A DNA stretch of 64,000 nt from an uncultured Gemmatimonadales bacterium (GTDB lineage Bacteria > Gemmatimonadota > Gemmatimonadetes > Gemmatimonadales > GWC2-71-9), in assembly GCA_963842945.1 (NCBI GenBank), contig CAWJIM010000003.1:32001-96000 (forward strand), read 5' to 3'. Below, in pieces: positions 57,056-64,000 of the stretch. How positions within the stretch are numbered: position 1 is the first letter of the stretch; each line of letters begins with the position of its first letter. The translations under genes were made by a program, and so were the position numbers. Under the pieces are notes generated by a model. The model did no database searches and had not been told where the DNA came from. It saw only the letters and a program-made list of their open reading frames with translations.

Positions 57056-57759
57056 TGTTCCTAGGCCACTACGGGCTCGCGCTTGCGTTGAAACGCGCCG
57101 AGCCAAAGCTGTCCCTGGGTACGCTATTCCTGGCGGTGCAGCTGTGCGACCTGCTCTGGGGAGCGTTCCTCCTGCTGGGTTGGGAGCACGTGAGGATCGT
57201 GACTGACGGTTCCTCCCCCATCCCGTTCGAGTTCTACGATTATCCCATCTCGCACAGTCTGGTGGGCACCATGGTATGGAGTGTGGTGGCCGCTGCGTTG
57301 TATTACTCCTGGCCCACCCGCGACACCACCCGGCATTGGCAGGCGGCTGCCATGGTCGGCTTGGCAGTCTTCTCCCACTTCCTGCTCGACGTCCTGGTTC
57401 ACCTGCCTGATCTTCCACTATCGGGCAACGATTCTCTCAAGCTGGGTTTGGGGCTCTGGAATCACCCGCTCGCCGCAAGGGTGATGGAACTGGTGTTTCT
57501 CGGCCTCGGTCTTACCCTCTACGTGGCTCTTCGCTCCCACCGTCATCCGGTGCGCCCGGTCAGACTATCCATCCTCGTGCTGGTGCTGGTGGGAACCTAT
57601 CTGGCGAGCGAATACGGACCGCCGCCGCCCAACGTCACCATCGTTGCCGTCAGCGACATCCTGTTTCTGCTGGCTGTGGCTGCTCTGGCCGCCTGGGCCG
57701 ACCGGCGGCCCACACCGGCGGAGCTGGAGCACCGGCGAACGGCGGCCCGGGCGGGCTGA
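57055..57759 (+). CDS. Membrane-bound metal-dependent hydrolase-like protein
   Basis: MFLGH, QLCDLLW, SHSL, SHFLLD motifs; multiple TMs. Confidence 0.75.
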   Translation: MFLGHYGLALALKRAEPKLSLGTLFLAVQLCDLLWGAFLLLGWEHVRIVTDGSSPIPFEFYDYPISHSLVGTMVWSVVAAALYYSWPTRDTTRHWQAAAMVGLAVFSHFLLDVLVHLPDLPLSGNDSLKLGLGLWNHPLAARVMELVFLGLGLTLYVALRSHRHPVRPVRLSILVLVLVGTYLASEYGPPPPNVTIVAVSDILFLLAVAALAAWADRRPTPAELEHRRTAARAG

Positions 57760-58124
57760 TGGAGCGCGTCTTCTTCAGTTTGGGTGCGGTGTCTGCCATG
57801 CTCTCTGTAGCGGCCGGCGCCTTCGGCGCCCACGCTCTCCGGAGCCGGCTCGGTCCCGACAGCCTGGCCGTCTTCGAGACCGCCGCGCGATATCAGATGT
57901 TTCATGCGCTGGGATTGTTCGCCGCGGCCTGGGCGGCAAGCCGCTGGCCGGGTGCCTGGCCCAATCGAGCGGGATGGCTCTTCGTGGTGGGGACGGTACT
58001 GTTTTCGGGAAGTCTCTATGCTCTCGCGCTCACCGGTATCCGGTGGCTCGGTGCGATAACGCCCCTTGGCGGGGTGGCCTTTCTGCTGGGCTGGCTGAGT
58101 CTGGCCTTATCGCCCCGCAGCTAG
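57759..58124 (+). CDS. DUF423 (YgdD/TMEM256) membrane protein
   Basis: GAFGAH, YQMFHAL, LFSGSLY, GAITPLGG. Confidence 0.93.
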   Translation: MERVFFSLGAVSAMLSVAAGAFGAHALRSRLGPDSLAVFETAARYQMFHALGLFAAAWAASRWPGAWPNRAGWLFVVGTVLFSGSLYALALTGIRWLGAITPLGGVAFLLGWLSLALSPRS

Positions 58125-58148
58125 CTCCCGCTCTCCCAGCTCCTCTTC

Positions 58149-58952
58149 TCACGCATCCTCCTTGGACCAGCGGAAGAAGAGGATGGCAATGGCACCGAAG
58201 ATCCACAGGTTTCCCGGAATCCACATCAGCAATCCGCCCAGCCGCTGATCGTCCAGCGGCGACAACCCCCACGTTCTCGGCGCTGCGACGTACCAGGGGT
58301 AGAGCACGTTATCGGCAAAGGTGATGAACGCGCCAACCACCTGCATCGGAAGACAGATCAGAAACAGGTACAGAATCCCCGCCAGCGGGGACAATCGTGG
58401 GAGCTCGGGGATGGAGCTCATCACCGGCCACCACATGATGGTCGCCGTCACCATGAACATGAGGTGGGTGCCGATGTGCACCTCGTGGCTTCGCATCATC
58501 AGGTCGTACAATGGCTGCAGATGCCAGACCAGAATGGACGCGCTGAAGAGCAGCGCCGCCACCCAGGGGCGGCTCAGAGTTCGGGCCAGAGGATACACGC
58601 CGGGGCGCAACGCGATCGGGCGGATCAGCCATCCGGGAATTCCATAGAGCAGCAGGGGCGGAAATATCAGGGTAAGGACCAGGTGCTGCACCATATGGAT
58701 GGAGAACAGGTAGTAGTCGCTGAGATCGTGTACCGGTCCGTTCAGGGAAACCAGCAGCAGAACCAGCGCGGTGCAGAACGAGAGGATCTGGGCAGGTGAA
58801 GCCGGTGGTCCCCAGCCGTACCGGCGGCGGAGAGGGCCAATCCCATAAAAATACAAGGCACCGAGAAGGCCGGTGCCGATGAGGACGCTGGGATGAAGCG
58901 ACCAGCTCGGGTCGAAGGGGCCGGTCGGTCGAGGTCGATCGTCGACGATCAC
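58149..58952 (-). CDS. ctaG: Cytochrome c oxidase assembly protein (Caa3 CtaG family)
   Basis: LFSIHMVQHL, WH..PLYD, DQRLGGLLMW; GTG 58952 overlaps the upstream stop. Confidence 0.88.
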   Translation of the reverse strand: MIVDDRPRPTGPFDPSWSLHPSVLIGTGLLGALYFYGIGPLRRRYGWGPPASPAQILSFCTALVLLLVSLNGPVHDLSDYYLFSIHMVQHLVLTLIFPPLLLYGIPGWLIRPIALRPGVYPLARTLSRPWVAALLFSASILVWHLQPLYDLMMRSHEVHIGTHLMFMVTATIMWWPVMSSIPELPRLSPLAGILYLFLICLPMQVVGAFITFADNVLYPWYVAAPRTWGLSPLDDQRLGGLLMWIPGNLWIFGAIAILFFRWSKEDA

Positions 58953-59308
58953 CCTGTCCGGGAAAACCACATGTGGTAGGCCATGAGGAGCATGAGTCCT
59001 ACGATGATCACAGCGGCGATGGTCAGGGGAAACACAAAGATCCCGGTGAACAGTTTGCTGTCCTGCTTGAGGTGCATGTAAAACATGGCCACCAGGGCAA
59101 ACTTGGCAGCCGACATCAGAAGCAGCAGGGGAACGAAGAACGGCTGGATGGCGGAGGCGGTTGGGCCGGCGTGCTCGCCGTAGGTGATCTCATAGAGCCC
59201 CACCTCGAGCGCGGTGAGCACGAAGAGGATCAGCCCGACCTTGGCATACACCGCTGCCCGGGGGTGCGCATGTTCTTCCTGGTGCGGGGTCGTAGCGTGG
59301 GCTTCCAT
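58949..59308 (-). CDS. ctaF: Cytochrome c oxidase subunit IV
   Basis: LTALEV, KFALVAMFYMHLK; start MEAHATT at 59308. Confidence 0.85.
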   Translation of the reverse strand: MEAHATTPHQEEHAHPRAAVYAKVGLILFVLTALEVGLYEITYGEHAGPTASAIQPFFVPLLLLMSAAKFALVAMFYMHLKQDSKLFTGIFVFPLTIAAVIIVGLMLLMAYHMWFSRTG

Positions 59309-59316
59309 AGTGCGCC

Positions 59317-59955
59317 TTACTTGATGAGGTAGACCACGGGAAAGATGACGATCCAGACCACGTCCACGAAATGCCAGTACAGCGCCGCCATCTCGAGATT
59401 CAGCGACTTCGAGGGCGGAATTTTTCCCCTGAGACCAAGGATCCAGAGCGTCAGCAGCCAGATGACCCCGATGGTCACGTGGGTGCCGTGGAATCCGGTC
59501 AGCGTGTAGAAGCTCGCGCCGAACAGGTTGGTCTTGAGGGTGAGCCCCTCGTGCACAAAGTGGGTGAACTCGTATACCTGCATTCCCACGAAGAAGATGC
59601 CGCAGAAAATGGTGGCCCCGAGCCACCCGACCAGCGCCTTCCGGCTGCCCCGTTGCGCGCCACTCAGGGCCAGTACCACGAAGAGCGAGCTGAACAACAG
59701 CAGCGCGGTACCCAGGGTGACCAGCGGAATCTCGAGAATCGGCTTGAAGTGCTCGCCCGACGGCGAGGTCCACGGCTCGTGGGGGAAGGGGCCGACCAGG
59801 CTGCGGCCCTTCTGCACCAGGTAGTTGGAGATCAGGCTGGCAAAGAACATGCATTCGGACCCGATAAAGGTCCAAATGGCCAGCTTGCGGCTGTCCAACC
59901 CGGTTGCGGTGGCGTGCTCGAGCCCATGGGGAACGTCGTGCGCGACTGCGGTCAC
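59317..59955 (-). CDS. ctaE: Cytochrome c oxidase subunit III
   Basis: FIGSECMFF, FYTLTGFHGTHV, LYWHFVDVVW. Confidence 0.95.
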   Translation of the reverse strand: MTAVAHDVPHGLEHATATGLDSRKLAIWTFIGSECMFFASLISNYLVQKGRSLVGPFPHEPWTSPSGEHFKPILEIPLVTLGTALLLFSSLFVVLALSGAQRGSRKALVGWLGATIFCGIFFVGMQVYEFTHFVHEGLTLKTNLFGASFYTLTGFHGTHVTIGVIWLLTLWILGLRGKIPPSKSLNLEMAALYWHFVDVVWIVIFPVVYLIK

Positions 59956-59974
59956 GATTACTCCTACTAAAAAA

Positions 59975-60051
59975 CGTGAACAGTAAACAGTGAACAGTGA
60001 CCCGGTGGCGAAGGGATGTTCCCGTTCACCGTTAACCGTTCACTGTTTACG
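59975..60051. repeat. Inverted heptamer tandem arrays (GTGAACA)n inside the oxidase operon
   Basis: GTGAACA GTAAACA GTGAACA GTGA on the left; the reverse complement of the right arm reads GTAAACA GTGAACG GTTAACG GTGAACG. Confidence 0.75.
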
Positions 60052-60055
60052 GGTG

Positions 60056-61906
60056 TCATCCGGCGGGCTCGAAGGCCCATCGATACACCCCGAAGAACAG
60101 GAGCGCCACCGAAACCACCACCAGCCAGGCCCCGGCCTTGTCGTGTCCCAGCGCCATCAGCGACGCAAAGACTGCAGTCACGCCGACGGCGCTGACGAGA
60201 GGCCAGTACGAGGGATTGGGAAGGTGGATCCCGGCGCCGCTCACCGGGGCCGGCTCCGGAAGAGCCGTTCTGCCCTGCTCTCGCTTGGCCTCCCACAAGG
60301 CATCGCGCCCGTGCACCACCGGGATCTCAGCGAAGTTCCACTCCTGGGGTGGAGACGAGATCGACCACTCCAATGTCGCTCCGTTCCAGGGATCGGCCGG
60401 AGCGTTCCTCGGCTTGCGCCAGGTCTGAATGATGTTGATCAGGAAGACGCCGAGGGCCAGCGCTAACACAAAGGAACCGGCCGTCTCGATCTGATTGAGG
60501 GTCTCGAAGCCCAGACCTGCGGGATAGGTGTACACCCGCCGGGGCATGCCGTTGAGCCCGACGAAGTGCATCGGGAAGAAGGTCAGATTGAAGCCGATCA
60601 GCATCAGCCAGAAGTGCAGCTTGCCCAGCCGCTCGTCGAGCATTCGGCCGAACATCTTGGGCCACCAATAGTAACCGCCGGCGGTGAGGCCAAAGATGCT
60701 GCCGCCGAACAGTACATAGTGGAAGTGGGCCACGATAAAGTAGGTATCGGTCTGCTGCAGGTCGGCCGGGGGAGACGCGTGCATAACGCCGGAGAGCCCG
60801 CCGATGATGAACATGGCGATGAAGCCCACGGCAAAGAGCATCGGGGTGCGAAACTGGAGCGAGCCGCCCCACATGGTGCCGATCCAGTTGAAGATCTTCA
60901 CCCCGGTGGGCACCGCGATCAGCATGGTGGTCAGCGAGAAGAACGTGTCCGCGATCGGGCCCATGGCGGTGGAGAACATGTGGTGGCTCCACACACCGAA
61001 TCCGAGGAAGGCGATGAAGACACCGGAGAACACCATGGCGGCATAGCCGAACAGCGGCTTGCGGGAGAACACCGGCAGCACCTCGGAGACGATACCGAAG
61101 GCCGGCAGGATCAAGATGTAGACCTCGGGATGCCCGAAGATCCAGAAAAGATGCTGCCACAGAATCGGATCACCGCCGCCGGACGGCACGAAAAAGTGGG
61201 TGCCGAAGAAGCGGTCGAACATCAGCAGAATGAGCGCCACCGTGATGACCGGGAAGGCCAGCAGCAGCAGCACCTGGGTAATGAAGCTCATCCAGACGAA
61301 CATCGGCATCCGCATCAGCTTCATGCCGGGAGCGCGCAGGTTGATGACGGTGACGAAGAAGTTGACCGCAGCGGCCAGCGACGCGATGCCCAGGATCTGA
61401 AGTCCCAGCATCCAGAAGTCCACGTTCATGCCCGGCGAGTACTGCCGCGAGGTCAGGTTGGCGTAGCCAAACCAGCCCTGGTCGGGCGCCGCGTTGAAGA
61501 GCCAGCTGACGTTGAGGAACAGCCCGCCCAGGAGGAACACCCAGTAGCTGAAAGCATTCAGCCGGGGGAAGGCCACGTCCCGGGCCCCGATCTGCAGCGG
61601 GATCATGTAATTGAAGAACATGGCCGACAACGGCATGATCGCGAGGAAGATCATGGTCGTGCCATGCATGGTGAACAGCTCGTTGTACCGCTCGGGCGAC
61701 AGGAAGGTGTTGTCCGGACTGCCCAGCTGGACCCGAAGCAACAGCGCCTCGACTCCGCCCAGCAGAAAGAACAGGAAGGCCGTGGCGCCGTACAGGATCC
61801 CGATCCGCTTGTGATCGACGGTGGTGATCCAGCTCCAGAGTCCGGTTTTCTCTCCGTGACTTGCCGCGGCGTGTACCTGATGCTGATCTAGAACCCTGGT
61901 TGCCAT
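60056..61906 (-). CDS. ctaD: Cytochrome c oxidase subunit I (A1 type)
   Basis: DHKRIG, HGTTMIF, FGHPEVY, WSHHMF, AHFHYV. Confidence 0.97.
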   Translation of the reverse strand: MATRVLDQHQVHAAASHGEKTGLWSWITTVDHKRIGILYGATAFLFFLLGGVEALLLRVQLGSPDNTFLSPERYNELFTMHGTTMIFLAIMPLSAMFFNYMIPLQIGARDVAFPRLNAFSYWVFLLGGLFLNVSWLFNAAPDQGWFGYANLTSRQYSPGMNVDFWMLGLQILGIASLAAAVNFFVTVINLRAPGMKLMRMPMFVWMSFITQVLLLLAFPVITVALILLMFDRFFGTHFFVPSGGGDPILWQHLFWIFGHPEVYILILPAFGIVSEVLPVFSRKPLFGYAAMVFSGVFIAFLGFGVWSHHMFSTAMGPIADTFFSLTTMLIAVPTGVKIFNWIGTMWGGSLQFRTPMLFAVGFIAMFIIGGLSGVMHASPPADLQQTDTYFIVAHFHYVLFGGSIFGLTAGGYYWWPKMFGRMLDERLGKLHFWLMLIGFNLTFFPMHFVGLNGMPRRVYTYPAGLGFETLNQIETAGSFVLALALGVFLINIIQTWRKPRNAPADPWNGATLEWSISSPPQEWNFAEIPVVHGRDALWEAKREQGRTALPEPAPVSGAGIHLPNPSYWPLVSAVGVTAVFASLMALGHDKAGAWLVVVSVALLFFGVYRWAFEPAG

Positions 61907-61938
61907 ACGAACCTTGTCATCAATGTGGTCAGATGGAT

Positions 61939-63075
61939 CTATTGATGCGCCCGGAGATACGCGGCCAGAGCCCGCGATTCGGGCTCACTCACGCCCAGAT
62001 TGGGCATGAGAACCCCCTTCTTGATCGCCTGCGGGTTCCGGATCCAGCGAGCCAGATTCTCATCCGTGTTCTTCAGCGTGCCGGCCGCGATATAGGTGCG
62101 GGCGCCGACGTTGGCCAGATTGGGTCCCACCATGCCCTTGGGAGCGTTCACCGCCTGCAGCGAATGGCAACCCACGCACCCCTTGGTCATGAACAGCTGC
62201 TCGCCAGTGGCAAACTCGGAGCCCTGCGGCTTCTGAGCAGCGCCCGGCTGCTGAACCGTCGCTCCCGCGCTGGCGGTCTGGACTGCGCCGGGGGATGATG
62301 ACGCAGCCGGCTTGCTTCCCGCGGCCGGTTTGGCCCCGGCCGGCGGCTTCGGGCCCAGCGTCTGCATGTGGGCAACCCAGGCCTGGAACTCCTCGGCGTT
62401 CTGTGCCCGGATCCGGTAGGCCATACGCCCGTGTTGGATCCCGCAGAATTCAGCGCATTGGGCCGGATATTCTCCCGCTGTCTCCGCCTTGAACCAGAGC
62501 CGGCTTTCCCGGTTGGGGAACACATCCCGCTTGCCGGAGAATTGGGGCACCCAGAAGCTGTGAATCACGTCGGCGCTGCCCATCCGGAGCGAGACGGTGC
62601 GACCCACCGGGATATGCAGCTCGTTGGCCGTGGTCAGGTTGTATTCCGGATAGCGGAACTCCCACCACCACTGATGGCCGACGACCTCGATGGTGAGGGC
62701 GTCCTTCCCGGGAGTAGCGTTGGTCTGGAAGATGGCTCGAACGGTGGGCACCGCGATGGCGGCGAGAATCAGCGCGGGAATGACGGTCCAGATGATCTCG
62801 ACCGTGGTGTTGCCGTGGGTCTGGTGCGGCTCCGGATCTCCCGGCTTACCCCGGAAGCGGAAGATGGCATAGACCAGCACTCCTTCCACCAGCACGAACA
62901 CGAGCAACGCCCACTTTACGGTCGTGTCGAGCAGGTGGTCGGCAATGCGGGCAAAGTCGCCGCGGGGGAGGAGTGTGGTCTGGGGGTAGTGCTCCGGGCT
63001 ACAGCCGACCAACCCAACAGTGAGCAGGCAGAGCGCGGTGACCAACCGGGAGCGCCAGGCAGCGGTCCTCAACAT
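61939..63075 (-). CDS. ctaC: Cytochrome c oxidase subunit II with fused cytochrome c (caa3 type)
   Basis: Lipobox LVGC; GHQWWWEF, DVIHSFW, CAEFCGIQHGRM (CuA); C-terminal CVGCH. Confidence 0.96.
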   Translation of the reverse strand: MLRTAAWRSRLVTALCLLTVGLVGCSPEHYPQTTLLPRGDFARIADHLLDTTVKWALLVFVLVEGVLVYAIFRFRGKPGDPEPHQTHGNTTVEIIWTVIPALILAAIAVPTVRAIFQTNATPGKDALTIEVVGHQWWWEFRYPEYNLTTANELHIPVGRTVSLRMGSADVIHSFWVPQFSGKRDVFPNRESRLWFKAETAGEYPAQCAEFCGIQHGRMAYRIRAQNAEEFQAWVAHMQTLGPKPPAGAKPAAGSKPAASSSPGAVQTASAGATVQQPGAAQKPQGSEFATGEQLFMTKGCVGCHSLQAVNAPKGMVGPNLANVGARTYIAAGTLKNTDENLARWIRNPQAIKKGVLMPNLGVSEPESRALAAYLRAHQ

Positions 63076-63280
63076 TTACGCGTTCATCCTGTTCGTAAGA
63101 AGCCACCAAAGTCGAGTGGAAAAGCCTGAGCCAGCAGCACTTTAGCCTTGGCCCCCAAAGGTGTCAAGGAAACGCGTGGCATTCCGCCGTGCTGCTGCCG
63201 ATGGTATCTTTTGACCGGAGTTTCCTCAAGCCTGGAGATCTCATCTCCGGGCCAATTCCTTTTTACGCCTGGTTGCACCA

Positions 63281-63790
63281 ATGATCCGTGAAATGCGAGA
63301 GAAGCTTGGCCGTGAAATCGACCAGCTCAGCCATGAACTCAATATCCTGCTGCCCCAGGCCATCGCTCAGGCGGTGGAGCTCGGAGACCTGCGCGAAAAC
63401 TCCGAGTACAAAGCCGCCCTGGAGAGACAGCAGTTCGTGCAGGCCCGTCTGGGGCAGCTGCACCAGCGGTTGAATCAGCTCGGTCAGCTCGCCAACACCG
63501 AAGCCCCGACCGACCGCGTGGGTCTGGGGTCCCGGGTCACCGTTCTGGACCTGGAGACCAACGAAACCGATACGTACGTCGTGGTGCTGGCCGAGATGAT
63601 GGACATCGATGCTGGGGACATCTCGCTGGCCTCACCTCTGGGCCGTGCCCTGGGCGGGGGAAAAGTAGGCGAGGAGGTAACGCTCCGGCTCCCCACCGCC
63701 ATCCGGAAGCTGCGCATCATCGATCTGGTCACCGTGCATCAGGCAGAAGCCGGAGCCAATGCGGCTAAGGGCAACGGAACCAACGGTTGA
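63281..63790 (+). CDS. greA: Transcription elongation factor GreA/GreB family
   Basis: GDLRENSEY, ISLASPLGRAL. Confidence 0.9.
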   Translation: MIREMREKLGREIDQLSHELNILLPQAIAQAVELGDLRENSEYKAALERQQFVQARLGQLHQRLNQLGQLANTEAPTDRVGLGSRVTVLDLETNETDTYVVVLAEMMDIDAGDISLASPLGRALGGGKVGEEVTLRLPTAIRKLRIIDLVTVHQAEAGANAAKGNGTNG

Positions 63791-64000
63791 TGGAATTTCC
63801 CAAGAAGCAGCTGCTGGTGGTGGGCGATCGGGTCCTCATTACTCCTGAGGATGGCGATGAGCGCACCCGGGTGGGTCTGTACCTCCCCGCCACCGCAATC
63901 GATGCCCAGCAGGTGCAGACCGGGCTGATCGTCGCCACCGGTCCGGGAACCCCGGTGGCCGACCTCAGCAGCCTGGACGATGAGCCCTGGAAGATCGATG
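63790..64000 (+). CDS. Co-chaperone GroES family protein, truncated by the window edge
   Basis: Manual translation: MEFPKKQLLVVGDRVLITPEDGDERTRVGLYLP...GLIVATGPG. Confidence 0.8.
   Translation, partial: MEFPKKQLLVVGDRVLITPEDGDERTRVGLYLPATAIDAQQVQTGLIVATGPGTPVADLSSLDDEPWKID

Overview
This is a high-GC bacterial chromosomal window, most likely Gemmatimonadota. That is an inference from the expanded [18 protein letters not shown] Ser/Thr kinase family and the gene repertoire. Many genes are split by single-base indels, including housekeeping genes, which points to long-read assembly errors rather than pseudogenes. Most of the window is ordinary: LD-carboxypeptidase, glycosyltransferases, Pit/DUF47, malate synthase, tRNA-Asn, Mhq-like genes, two-component systems, M16 peptidase, TesA/YbbAP, FabI, a caa3 oxidase operon and GreA. 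The standout is a 17 kb locus (17227-34699). An AfsR-like wHTH-BTAD-ATPase regulator is divergent from two tiny paralogous peptide genes that share a leader ending EL(T/S)VEELEERIAP. Each peptide gene has its own copy of a conserved promoter-like motif with 9-nt direct repeats at an 11-bp period (core TTCACG-N5-TTCACG). They are followed by an export/processing operon with no ABC ATPase (GAF-GAF-HlyD, lipoprotein adaptor, PqqD/RRE-M50 peptidase-HlyD), a stand-alone kinase, and two duplicated receptor kinase + surface lipoprotein modules, one carrying the same TTCACG repeat. It looks like an undescribed peptide secretion/signalling circuit. Secondary finds are an N6-adenine methyltransferase + SNF2 helicase pair with no evident nuclease, a degenerate carbamoyltransferase, a receiver with Ser in place of the phospho-Asp, and inverted 7-/8-mer tandem repeat arrays at gene junctions.
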